NCBI RefSeq assembly: GCF_018350175.1
Contig: NC_058368.1
Span: 29,452,001 to 29,516,000, forward strand
From: Felis catus
Lineage: Eukaryota
Direction of reading: 5' to 3'
DNA length: 64,000 bases
Shown: positions 1 to 12,262 of the stretch, in pieces
Layout of the letters: each line of letters starts with the position of its first letter
Position numbering within the stretch: the stretch's first letter is position 1
Made by a program: the position numbers and the translations under genes
Notes under the pieces: model-generated
The model's database searches: none
What the model was told of the DNA's origin: nothing
Seen by the model: the letters and a program-made list of their open reading frames with translations, nothing else

Positions 1-413
1 CTACCATGTTCTTTCTATTCAACTCATCATTTTGGACCTTAAAAATTCCCTAGCCTGTTTTGTGAGCCCCAAAATCAAGGACTGTGCCTTTTGCTATATT
101 TCAGTCACCTAACGTTATATAATTTCCATCATACATAGCGCCTAGTACATAGGTAGTATTCAAACAGTAAATCCTCACATCTATGTTCCTTTTTAATTTG
201 AATTATGTCATCACTCAAAAATGTCCCACTTGTGAAATTTTAAACTCTAAAAGTCCCCCCTTCTAACTACAGTAAGTTATTCTTCTGGCTTCCTCCCTTC
301 CTTACCTCCTATCTATAACCTCATTACCATCTCTAATGCCTTAACTTCTCTTTGTGTCCTTAGTTTGCTGACCTCATCATTACAGAGATCCACATCCATA
401 GTGAATCATTTTA

Positions 414-1352
414 TTTATTTTTGATCATTCTTTAAAACATTGGAAGTGTATTCTTTAATCCCCATAAACTACCCATCCCCCCACCCACCTTCCCTCTGGT
501 AACTATCAGCTTATTCTCTATAGTTAAGGTTCAGTTTCCTGGTTTGTCTTTTTTTCCTTTGCCCATTTGCGTAGTTTCTTAAATTCTACATACAAATGAA
601 ATAATATAGCATTCGTCTTCCTGTGACTGACTTATTTTGCTTACCATTATACTTTCTAGTTCCATCCATTTCTTTGCAAATGGCAAGATTTCACTCCTTT
701 TTTATGGCCAAATAATATTCCACTGTGTATATATACATTATATATACACATCTTCTTTATCCATGAGCACTTGAGGTGCTTCCATAGTTTGGCTATTGTA
801 AATAATGTTGTAATAAACATACAGGTGCATGTAACCCTCTGAGTTTGTGTATTTTTTGGATAAATACCCAGTAGTGTGATTACTGGATCCTAGGGTAGTT
901 CTATTTTTAATTTTTTTGAGGAACCTCCATACTGTTTTCCACAATGGCTCCACCAGTTTACATTCCTAACAACAGTGTGAGGGGGTTCCTTTTTCTCTAC
1001 ATCCTTGCCAACGCCTGTTTATTGTTTTTGATTGTAGCTATTCTGGAAGCTGTGAAGTGGTATCTCCTTGTACTTTTTATTTAAAAAAATTTTTTTGTTT
1101 AATGTTTGTTTATGTTTGAGAGAGAGAGACAGAGTGTAAGTGGGGGAGGGGCAGAGAGACAGGGAGACAACAGAATCCAAAGTAGGCTCCAGGCTCCAAG
1201 CTGTCAGCACAGAGCCTGATGCGGGGCTCGAACTCGTGAACTACAAGGTCATGACCTGAGCCGAAGTGGGACACTCAACTGACTGAGTCACCCAGGTGCC
1301 CCGCTCCTTATACTTTTTATTTGCATTTCCCTGATGATCAGTGATGCTGACA
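414..1352 (-). mobile_element. L1 3' fragment (carnivore-age), interrupted by a SINE
   Basis: ORF2 C-terminal remnant (QPLWKTVWRFLKK-like, ORF 738..953), 3'UTR and T-rich tail at the left end. Confidence 0.85.
1083..1302 (-). mobile_element. CanSINE (SINEC_Fc-like) inserted in L1
   Basis: tRNA-derived head, (CT) tract, A-tail; TSD ctcctt(g/a)tactttttattt at 1064-1082 and 1304-1322. Confidence 0.9.
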
Positions 1353-1539
1353 GATTTTACATCCTTCATTACAGAGCTCCATGTCCACAGGGAATCATTT
1401 TAGAAATATATATTTTTGCCTGCACCCTTAAATATCTTTGTTCCCATGACTGTCTATTGTATAGGACCTAAAAATTTTCAACACAGACTTATCCAATCAT
1501 TGGTGTGTCAAGTGTTACTAAGAGGGGAAAAAAAAAATC

Positions 1540-2256
1540 ACAGACTTCAAGTTGTATTACAAAGCTGTAGTGATCAAAAGAGTATGGTACTGGCACAGAA
1601 ATAGACACTTGGATCCATGGAACAAAACAGAAAAGCCGGAAATGAACCCACAATTATATGGTCAATTAATCTTTGACAAAGCAGGAAAGACTATACAATG
1701 GGAAAAAGACTTTACAATAAATGGTGTTGGGAAAACCGGTCAGCTACATGCAAAAAAAATGAAACTGGACCATTTTCTTAAACCATACACAAAAAAAAAA
1801 AATTCAAAATGGATTAAAAGCCTAAATTGAGACCTAAAACCATAAAAATCCTAGAAAAGAACATAGGTGGTAATGTTTCTGATATGGGCTGTAGCAACAT
1901 TTTCTAGATATGTCTTCTGAGGGAAGGGAAAAAATAGCAAAAATAAACTACTGGGACTATATCAAAATGAATAGTTTCTGCATAGCAAAGCAAACAATCA
2001 ACAAAACTAAAAGGTAACCTACTTAATGGGAGAAAATAGTTGAAGATGACACATCCCATAAATGGTTAATATCTAAAATACATAAAGAACTTATACAAAC
2101 ATCCAAAAAACAAATAAATAATTGAAAAAATGGGCAGAAGACATGAACAGATATTTTTGTAAAGAAGACATTCAGATGGCCAATAGACACATGAAAAGAT
2201 GCTCAGCATCACTCATCATCATGGAAATACAAATCAAAACTATGATGAGATCCTAT
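1540..2256 (+). mobile_element. L1 ORF2 internal fragment (frameshifted)
   Basis: Translates to [29 protein letters not shown] and [24 protein letters not shown]. Confidence 0.9.
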
Positions 2257-2999
2257 ATGTGGTCTCAAAATACCCTCTCTCCAGCATCCCTGAATTTTCT
2301 TCACTTCTCAGGTCAGTAATGTCAACCATGAATCAACGCTATGTGTCATTTTTGCCTTGCCACCTGAGGTCCTGCTGGAAAGATCACAAAAGGAGGACTA
2401 ACAATACTACAGAAATGACTGATTTTACTTTCTGGCTATGGCTGGGGACTCAGTACCACCTGTGAATCCTATTACTTGGTTCAATTCGTCTCACACCCCA
2501 GCTGAGTGACTGTTTCAATCCATTAGTGTTGTCAAGCTCTTCAAAGCTCCTCACTCTCAGCAAGCAATCTTAATTTCTTTATGAATGAGTAAACTAAGGC
2601 TAAAAGGGTATGACTCTCAATTTCTTCCCTGATACCAACTCATCCATAGTCCTACTTCTTAAAGGAAAACCTTATCTTCTTACCGAAAATGAGTTTATTC
2701 CTTGCTCCATGACCAGCCTGCCTACCCTTGTTGGTATCCCCTTTCTATCTCCTTTGTGGAGTCCCTCTTAACACATCACCACCATAAACCTCTCATGATT
2801 AAGAGTCAATGTGCAGCCATCAGCCTGTCAACTAATTTCTACTTTTCATTTCATATCCAAACCACATATACACCGTGAAACAGTTGTCCTTCCTCTAAAA
2901 TCTTTTTTTTTTAATTTTTATTCAAATTCCAGTTAGTTAATATATAATACTAGTTTCAGCTGTATAATACAATCTGAGTTCCACCACCCCAAACTCTGG

Positions 3000-3470
3000 T
3001 AAAACTGCAGGAAGGGCTTAAGGCCTTCTTTATTGTAAAATTCAATGGACATTTTTCTTTTCCTAGACCTAATTAATCCTTGATGTTCTCTATTCCTTTG
3101 GCTTCTTGGATATTAGATTTTGCTTCTCTGTATAACTTTCTAGCCACTCTTTTCATTGTGGGCTCCTTTTTCCCTGCCAGTCACTGAGACGTTTAATGTT
3201 ACTCAAAATCATTTTCCTAGGTTATCTCACCCAATCTGAGATTTAAATTACTACTAGTAAGCTGATAATACTCAAATTAGTAGTTCTAGCCTAGACACTC
3301 AACCTTGTATGTTCAGACAGCTCTCTGGATGTTAGAGATATTTCAAACTTAGGAGGTCTAACTCCTAATGAGGAGAGGACAATTGATGAGGACAATTAAC
3401 TGACTGTCTTGCTACCAAACGGATACTAATAAATGGTAATAACCATCTATCCATTTGCTAAAAATACATG
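3000..3470 (+). mobile_element. Degenerate L2 fragment
   Basis: Pyrimidine-rich decayed L2-like motifs (ttcaatggacattttt, gctgataatactcaaatt, tttcaaacttag). Confidence 0.45.
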
Positions 3471-3564
3471 TCTTGGTTTTATTTCTATCTTCCACCAGAA
3501 AACTAGGTAAGTCTGCCAAGCTTTAAATTGTTACAGTTTTGTAAAGAATAAAACAAGAACCTAC

Positions 3565-3758
3565 CTTAAACTTTATTTTTGGCTTTTGTGTTTCTGTAGA
3601 GGCCTCTCCTTTTTCTGCTTCCTGCTCCCCATCAGAATCACTATGAGAATCTGATGATTTGGACTCTTCTAGGGTATCAAGTGACTTTTCATTGACTTTA
3701 CTAGAAAGCAGGTCGCCAGAATGTGGAATGAAATCATCAGGTTTTTCCCATCTGGATT
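3565..3758 (-). CDS. WBP4: WBP4 exon 8 (C-half of WW2 + acidic/Ser-rich region)
   Basis: Minus strand: aatag|AA TCC AGA TGG...TTT AAG|gtaggt; 194 nt encoding (E)SRWEKPDDFIPHSGDLLSSKVNEKSLDTLEESKSSDSHSDSDGEQEAEKGEASTETQKPKIKFK; phase matches exon 7. Confidence 0.95.
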
Positions 3759-4474
3759 CTATTCAACACATTTTAATAGTTGTGTTATTTACTTATTACC
3801 AATTCTATTCAGAAATGACTCCCGATATAACATTCCCTATCACTTAAAATACATTACTTTTTTTAACCTTTTTTTTTTTTTTACAATATAGTATTAAATA
3901 ACAACATTGCATCTATTTCCCACCATCATTCATTTAAGAAGATAACTTAAAATAAGAGTTTCCAAAGCTCTTGCTCTTTTACCTTTTAGAAGCTGATTTC
4001 AATCTGGATTCTCTAGATGTGTAACTACAGCCCCAAAGGAAAGAGACCTAAGAATTGGGCAATACCTTCTAAAGACTCTCATAACTTACCCCAATATGTG
4101 ATATTGAACACATATCAGATTTCCTAGAATTTATAAATCTTTATTTATCACAAAGATTTCCTGGGATTCTCACAAAGTGAAATCATACAGTGAAGATCTG
4201 AATGAATATAATTTGTCATTTTTATACTAGGAAAAAAATCTCCACTGAATTCTACTGCCATCCAGTGGTCTAGAAATGATAGCATTTCTAATTATCTTGC
4301 AGTTATTCTCTATTTTTCATTTAATAAAAGGAAAAGGGATTCTAAGATTTACTGCCCAACTGAGACAGTTTTTAAGAGTGAAAGGGGCTCTATTAATAAT
4401 TATACTCATCTAGACATAAACTGGAACTGTTTGAGGGCAAATCAATTTGTCTCTCATTAAAGGGGATGGTTTCT

Positions 4475-4598
4475 GGGGCACCTGGCTGGCTCAGTTGGTA
4501 GAGTGTGCAACTCTTGATCTGGGGATGAGTTAGTTTGAGCCCCATGTTGGGTGTAGAGATTACTTAAAAATAAAATCTCACAAAAAAAAAAAAAAAAA
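4475..4598 (+). mobile_element. Short old CanSINE
   Basis: GGGGCACCTGGCTGGCTCAGTTGGTAGAG head, no CT tract, A-tail. Confidence 0.85.
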
Positions 4599-5613
4599 GG
4601 ATGCTTTCCAACATTAATAAAAACATTATTTCCTTATCTATATTTCACATAAATAAAAAAACTTTCAGGAAGTAAATAACTTAAGCACCTACTATGTATC
4701 AGGTACTGTTCTGAGAACTATAGATACTTGACCCTCATGACCAAAGACAGTACATATAATCACTTCTACTTTACATAAGAGCAGCTATAGGTTTAGTGAC
4801 TTGCCCACAATCATATAGCTGCTAAGGGAAGAAGCTATGCATTAAACTCAGATCCAACTCTCTAGCTGTATCACTATATTATTTTATCTTTAGAAAGACT
4901 CAGTACTGCAATCTTACTGAGATAGAATGATTACTATCACTGGGCAGGCTAGGTTTCTACTTGGAGGCTAAGAAGGCCTCTTCCCCCTAAAAGATTTAAT
5001 GGTATGTAGAGGGTTTTCGATAGTAGAAATTTAATTAATAAAGTCTCCTAAAGTTATATTGATACTATACACATCCTGGTAAATTTAATTATAGTAGAAA
5101 CTAAATACAATTACTTGATAACCCATTTTGAAAAACCTACATAATAACTAGGTAACAGTAGTTATATTTTATATTCATATTAACCAAAACGTTATTGAAT
5201 TAGTAAAAATGAAAATTTGACAATCTCAGCCACTGCTAAAATAGCTTGTTTTGATTTTTAGAAAAGGAAAAAAGGCAAGTTGAATTAGATGATTTCTAAG
5301 ATACCTTCCAAGTTAATGATTATACTCCTATAACAGTCACAATAAAAATCAATAATGGCAGTGAAAGTAAAAATGATTTTTAAAATTTGTGAATGGGGTA
5401 TCAATTGAGAATAACAAGCAGTACAATATATTATAAATGAGAATCTTTCTGCTTTTCTATTGTATTGTTTTCAAACAACAAAAAGTAATACATACTTGCT
5501 ATAGAAACATGTTTATCACTATACTAAAACCCCCAAGTTCCCTTTATCAGCAGGCTACTAAGCAGTTTCAAGTACAATTCTATATAGTTAGAATAATCAA
5601 AGGTAATACTTAC

Positions 5614-5689
5614 CTCCTGTTTCTGTATTATAATAGTAGGTATAACCATCTTCGCTTAAACCTTCTACCCAAACAGTCTTCCCTGCTGT
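5614..5689 (-). CDS. WBP4: WBP4 exon 7 (N-half of WW2)
   Basis: caatag|ACA GCA GGG AAG...ACA GGA G|gtaagt; 76 nt, TAGKTVWVEGLSEDGYTYYYNTETG(E). Confidence 0.95.
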
Positions 5690-6160
5690 CTATTGGGAGG
5701 GGAAAAAAAAAGCATAAACTGAAGACAATGATGTAGTTTTACTATGTTAAATAACTAAGGCAGAGTCAACTACCTTTCCTTTTCTCTTGACACCAGGAGT
5801 TAGGGGTGACAGTACTGACTATGGTCAGGAAGCTTGGTTTGTGTTAATACTGAGCCAACTCTCAGGGAGAGACTATCTCACCTCTGAAAGCCAGGAACAA
5901 TTCTTTGCAGACGGGTAGGGACATCTGAATGGCAACTGACTGTCAATCAACTGATATTTGCCCTACATGGAGTTTTTAGGTAGATACCACTTTTCTTCTT
6001 CCACCCAGCCTTCTCACAAAAGAATTAAAGAAATAAAGGAACAAAGTGTGTAGAAAGGGCTTATTTGGAAGAAAATTAGCTTATGATAACTCTATAAAAA
6101 CCCCGGGAACCAATCAGTTTAAAGAATAAAGCAAAGACACTATCAATGTGCTTCAGTTAC

Positions 6161-6207
6161 CTTTTTTAAGTTTCCTTGAAATCCTTCAGGTCTCTCCCAC
6201 TGGGATG
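6161..6207 (-). CDS. WBP4: WBP4 exon 6 (C-half of WW1 + linker)
   Basis: ctttaag|CA TCC CAG TGG...AAA AAG|gtaact; 47 nt, (A)SQWERPEGFQGNLKK. Confidence 0.94.
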
Positions 6208-6518
6208 CTTAAAGCAAAATATATTGCATTTACAAAATTTTTTCGCTTAAAAAGAAGAAAAACTTCAAAAAATTTGGCAAAAATTTACAAGATATTCAAT
6301 GTGTGCAAAACACTGCAGATCTATAATTAAAAATATAATTGAAAAATAAAAAGAACATATATCCCAGTAATACTGTATAGAACACATGTGAATAATATTT
6401 AACCAAGAAGGAAGAACTGAATGAAGGATTAGAAATTACTGGTACTTTCAAAGGAATTATTAGAGCCAGGTAGGACTTCTCCTAAAGACTTCACGGAATT
6501 CAGGCTTGAAAAGTTTTT

Positions 6519-6630
6519 AAGTTTTTTATTTATTTTTTTGTTAGTAATCTCTACACCCAGTTTGGGGCTTGAATTCACAACCCAGAGATCAAGAGTCACA
6601 TGGTCTTCAGACTGAGCCAGGCAGGCACCC
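6519..6630 (-). mobile_element. Short old CanSINE
   Basis: Reverse head (ctgagccaggcaggcacccc); diverged TSD caggcttg..aagtttt on both sides. Confidence 0.8.
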
Positions 6631-6751
6631 CAGGCTTGGTAAGTTTTGAAGGTATGAGATGGCAGTTTAACATCCTGGGGAGGGGAAAGTGAGGGACAGA
6701 AAGAAGGACTCAGAAGAGGAACAAGATGAAGGATGCAGGAAAAAATAAGTA

Positions 6752-7756
6752 CAGGTGACCCTTGAACAACAGGAGTTTGAACTGCATGGGTCCACTTATA
6801 AGCAAATTTTTTTCAATAAATAAACTGAGAAATTTTTTTAGAGATTTGTAACAATTTGAAAAAATTAGATGAACCATATAATTTAGAAATGAAAAAATTA
6901 AGAAAAAGGTATTACTGTAAGAATACAGTATACAACACATACACAAAATATGTGTCAATTGACTGTGTTATCCGTAAGGCTTCCAGTCAACAATAGGCTA
7001 TTAGTAGTTAAGTTTCTGGGGAGTCAAAAGTTATAAAATACCCTATGATCCTGTAATTCCACTACAGACATATATCCAAAGAAAATGAAACACTAACTCG
7101 AAAAGATATACGTACCCTATGTTTATTGCAGCATTTATTTATAATAGCCAGCATATAGAAGCAACCTAGGTGTTCACTGATAGATGAATGGATAAAAATG
7201 TGAGATACATAGCTCTCTCACAACTCTATTACACACACATGCACACACACACAATGGAATATTACTTCGCCATAAAAAAATAAAATAAAATTTTGCCATT
7301 TGTGACAGCATGGATGAACCTAGAGAATATTATGCTAAGTGAAGTAGGTCAGACAGAGAAAGACAAATACCATATAATTTCATTTACATGTGTAGTCTAA
7401 AAAAACCAACAAACAAATCAGAGTCTTAAATACTGAGAACTGGTGGTTACAGAAGGGGGGAGAAGGAGGATAGATAAAACAAGTGAAGGGGATTAACAGG
7501 TTCAGAGTTCCAGTTATAAAATAAATAAGCCATAGAGATGAAGAAAAGTACAGCAAAGGGAATACAGCCAATAGTACTGCAATAATGCTGTATGGTGACT
7601 ACACTTGTGGAGAGCATCGGTTAATGTACAGAATTGTCAAATCACTGTTTTGTACATCTGAAACTAATGTAACATTGCATGTCAGCTGTAGTTTAAAAAA
7701 AGTTATAAGGAGATTTTCAGTGCCCCTAATACCTGTGTTGTTCAAGGGTCTTGCTG
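6752..7756 (+). mobile_element. Tigger2a-like TcMar DNA transposon split by an L1 insertion
   Basis: TIRs CAGGTGACCCTTGAACAACA (6752) and TGTTGTTCAAGGGTC..CTG (7756); left TIR preceded by TA; internal sequence resembles recalled Tigger2a. Confidence 0.8.
7037..7697 (+). mobile_element. 5'-truncated L1 3' end
   Basis: L1 ORF2 end/3'UTR motifs; 11-bp TSD aaaagttataa at 7026-7036 and 7698-7708. Confidence 0.85.
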
Positions 7757-8651
7757 AGAACAAGAGTATATACAGTAGGATGGCAGACAAAGGAAGCAGA
7801 CAATAGGATTTAGAAGGAACACATAATTAGTAGTTTCAATGTAAATTTGAGCAAGACTGATGATCTCTAGCATACAATCATGGTTCACTGCTGAACTATC
7901 TCACATGCACTTCTCTTAAGGCTCAGTGCAAACGGTGAGTGATTAATACTATTCCTATGTAGTCCCAATACTGTGATTCTAAAAATCATAACAATTACAA
8001 TAATACTTGTAACCCAAGGTTTTCTTCATGGTTAACTCTGATCTCATTTCCTTTCTGATCATTCTTACTTTTTTCTGGCTTTCCTTCTTTCCATTCCTTT
8101 AATATATGTACTACCCACTCTTAGTATTTCTTGTTCTCTCCTTTCTCCTTGTGATCTCATATACTCCTAAAAGTTAATATATTATCTCCATTTGTAGACT
8201 CAATTTCTCTAATTCCAGACTCTAATCAGCTACTGAATGTTACCACGTGAATGTTCTAGAGGTACCTTGAACCTCAACATACCAAAAACTGAACTCATTA
8301 TGTCCCACTTTCACTTACTCTTTCTGCATTTCATACCTCAGTAAATGGCAGCATTATCCTCCTAATCCTCCATGATATGGCACCAATCTATTTTTCCAGC
8401 CTCTTTCTTCTGCTAGGACATCTTCAAAGAACTGTGTGTTTTACCTCCACCAGATGACTATTCCCTAAACTTTCAAACTTTTTAAAGCTTCATATCACAC
8501 CTGTTTAGAAAGCTTGCTTTACCCTTATAACAACCTAGTACATAATCTTTTTTCAATCAATATCTATAAACTGTCTGTACCATGCTAGGCCCTGTGTTTG
8601 GTGCTAGGGATGCAAATAGTGAATAAGACATCATTCCTGATGCTCTCATCT

Positions 8652-8856
8652 GTTTGGTTTTTTTTAATATTTATTTTTGAGAGAGAGAGAATGTGTGTGC
8701 ACATGCGGATGAGAGACAGACAGAGGGAGACAGAGACCCAAAGCCAGCTCTGCTGCTGACAGCAGAGAGCCTGATGCAAGGCTCGAACTCACAAACTGTG
8801 AGATCATGACCTGAGCCCAAGTCAGATACTTAACTGCCTGAGCCACCCAGGGCCCG
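8652..8856 (-). mobile_element. CanSINE
   Basis: Typical body; TSD ctgat(g/c)ctctcatct. Confidence 0.88.
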
Positions 8857-9554
8857 CCTGATCCTCTCATCTTACAGATCAGCTCAAAAGCAATTTCTGT
8901 GATGATCTGTCAGATCCACAAAATCACAATTAATACCTCAGTATACTGAGTTCCTTTATAATCTTACTTATATCTCTATACTGTAACACTTTAAAATTCC
9001 TCCTTTTATCATGCTTATTTCTAACCTTAAATTTTATGTTTCTGAGAGTAAGATGCTTCATAAATGTACAAAAAATGTTATTTATCTCAGAATTTATATG
9101 GAACAAAAATCCCCAATACATTTAGTTTTAAAGAAAAACAAAAAAATGTTTTTGATAGTCTCACTTGAAAATACCATTATGTATTTTGTTAGAAAGTGAT
9201 AACCAAAGCATTAATCTGGGGTGGAGGGGGTAGTTCTTTACTAGGTAATCAAGACAGCTACATAAAAAAAGAAAATGGCTTCTGGTTCCCAGTCCACTTT
9301 TGGATAGAAAAATCTTTCTGACAGAGTATTTTAAGAACCCCTGCAATTTGCAAAGTGGATCTGAAACGCCTTACTTCTATGTAAAATGTTTTATTTTATT
9401 TCCATTTAGTTCATAGTTTTGGGAAGTTTTGAGAAAAATATAGTTTTAACTTATTTGTAAGGAATCCATTCTTAAGGCTTTAATGAAGTATGATGTTAAG
9501 TCATTCTAAGAGGATAATATATATATATCTATAACTATATACTTATTTGTATAC

Positions 9555-9740
9555 TTATTTATTTATTCATTTATGTGAGGGGTGGAGGAGCAGGGGGGAG
9601 TGAGCAGGAAAGGGACAAAGAAAGAGGGAGAGAGAGAATCCCAAAAAGCTTGCCAGACTCAATCTCGGGAACCATGAGATCACGACCTAAACTGAAATCA
9701 AGAGTCAGATACTTAACCAACTGAGCCACCAAGGTGCCCC
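9555..9740 (-). mobile_element. CanSINE
   Basis: Reverse head ctgagccaccaaggtgcccc, purine tract, T-rich tail. Confidence 0.85.
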
Positions 9741-9888
9741 AAAAAGGGTATTTAAAGGGCACATAACTTTTTTACTATTGTGGCAAAGATGTAAAGCTAC
9801 ACTCTTCTACTGCTTAAATGTGCTAATATTAACACAAAATTAACTGTCAGTTATTATTCCTTACTATTTCTATGCCTAAATGACCTAC

Positions 9889-10056
9889 CTCCTGTGATGA
9901 GATCATAATAGTAATGGTAACCCTCAGAGGTTATGCCTTCTACCCATCTTCCCTTTGAAGGGTCTTTTTTCCTCTTCTTCTTTTCCTTCTGCTGATTTGA
10001 TGCAGAGGTTGGCGGGACAGTACTTGTTACTGGTGATATGCTTGGCTCTGAAATTT
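9889..10056 (-). CDS. WBP4: WBP4 exon 5 (linker, basic NLS-like stretch, N-half of WW1)
   Basis: ctttag|AA ATT TCA GAG...ACA GGA G|gtaggt; 168 nt, (E)ISEPSISPVTSTVPPTSASNQQKEKKKRKKDPSKGRWVEGITSEGYHYYYDLITG; lies within ORF 9854..10096. Confidence 0.95.
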
Positions 10057-10559
10057 CTAAAGAAAAAGACATAAGAAAGGTGAAGTACCAATGCAACCTT
10101 TTTTTCTGGTATAAGACAATACTGTTATTTCAATCAAAAGCTTGACAAGAAGATTCTTTTGGGAACTTCATAGGTTATTATAAAGCTCATCTGGAAAACC
10201 AAATATGTACAAATACCCATAATTATAAAAGAGAAATGCTAAGGGGAAGCTCTTCTACCAGATATTAAAACTTACTCTGGTTAATTACTTGGAAAAAAGT
10301 AAAGCTATTCCCCAATCCATGGTCCCTCCCATGTCTTGATATTAATCTTTCGCATCAAAGAAACACATGAAAAAAAAAAACATGAAGTAAAATAATGTTA
10401 AACTCAACTAGATACAAATCCAAATATTTTGTATAGCAAAAATTAAAAAAAAATAAAAGAATATACTATGTTAATTATAATGGAGTTAAGATTTTAAAAA
10501 AAAAGAAAGACAAATAATAAACATTTACAACAAATATGACACGGGGTTAATGTTCATAG

Positions 10560-11290
10560 CAAAGATCCCTTATAAACAAATCCAACATTCTAACAGAAGA
10601 TGGACAAAAAGTACAAAGATAATCAAGACAATACATACATTCACCAATATTCAAAGAAACATAAATAAATGTAATTTTCCTCTGCATTAGATCAGTAAGT
10701 ACTGAAAAGAATAATCAAATACAGTTAATCTAATCCATTAGATATTTACATGGGTGGGATAAGAGTAGTTTTAATGGCTTTAATTTTTTGTAAAAACATT
10801 AGCCAGTTATTACCAAATAACTTAATAAGTTATTTCTACAAAAGTATAAATTAGCCCAACATTTCTGGAGACAGCTTGGTATCAGCTATCAACATATAAA
10901 ATATATTCATACTTCAATTCTGCAGTCTTACCTCTAGAGCTTAAACCTACAAAAATAAATGTGAAAACATGCCTGCATACGGGTGCTCACTGAAGCATTC
11001 TTTCTAACACTGAAAACTCTAAGCAACCTAAATGTTAGGAAGAGAAATCCCACTTTTATGGCATTTTATACCCTTTATTAAACACTTGCTACAAATGGTC
11101 TATAATAAACAGTTTATACCATTACATTATTTAGTTTTTATGAAAATCAAAGGTTGTATAGCTAGCAAATGGCAATTCTGGTGGATTCCAAAGCCTGTGC
11201 TCCTAACCACTCTGTAGCCACTAAAAATGATGTACATCCTTAATTGTTTAAAGGAAAAGAAGTACTTGACATATCATTGAAGGAAAAAAT
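10560..11290 (+). mobile_element. Ancient L1M(E)-like fragment
   Basis: Decayed L1 ORF2-end motifs (tttctggagacagcttgg, aagcaacctaaatgt); boundaries approximate. Confidence 0.5.
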
Positions 11291-11712
11291 GAGACAACCT
11301 CCAAAAAACTGTAACATAAAATTTGGAGTATAACTTAAGAAAGAAAATTCTAAAGATGTTTGGGAAAATCTTAAAAGCAGTTTTTAAAACTCTTTTTTCT
11401 TTGTACTGCATTATTATACTTTTAGAGAAATGTATACCCTATTTAGGCAAACAAGGTTATGAAAAATATTTAATAGAAAAAATTCTGTTTAAACACATTT
11501 AAATACAAAATGCTAAGATTTATTTGCTCACAGGGCAGCATAACAAAACTTCCCAATCCATGTAATTGGTGAGATCAATTTTCAACTACTCCTCTTTAAT
11601 TCTGCAGGAACACCTTCATCCTTTTTCTCCTTTAAACATACAGTTTTATCCTTTATTGGAAATACAGCCCCGACCCCTTCCTTTTAATTAACAATGTCTA
11701 GGTTAATATTTT

Positions 11713-11924
11713 TAACACATGTATTTTTTTTTAAAGTTTTTTTCTTTTTATTTATTTTGAGAGAGACAGCATGAGTTGGGGAGGGATAGATAGAGGGAAA
11801 GAGAGAGAATCCTAAACAGGCTCCGTGCAGCCCGATGTGGGGCTTGAACCCGCGAATTGTGAGATCATGACCTGAGCCTAAACCAAGAGTTGGATGCTCA
11901 ACCGACTGAGCCACCCAGGTGCCC
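11713..11924 (-). mobile_element. CanSINE
   Basis: Typical body; TSD ctagg(t/a)taatatttt. Confidence 0.9.
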
Positions 11925-12262
11925 CTAGGATAATATTTTCAAAGTCTGGTTACAACTGTCCTTATCTGATGAGGGCAATGCCAATTAACTTCTTATTCTG
12001 CTTAAAAACTTCACGGAAAGAAGTTTTCATAGAATAAACAATACCATTCCGGGTTGACTATCTCAACTATTATGCAAGATCAACAACTGGGACTGCTTAT
12101 CTGCCTGGTTTAAGGACAGTGGATTTGTCAAGGAAGAAATGCTGACAGAAATGTTCCCGAGTTAAAGCCTAAATTCATCAACAAGATACATACACTGTAC
12201 TTAAATAAATGCCTTTTATCTGGAACTGAGTTCTCCTCAAACCTTCAGATTATTTACCTTCT

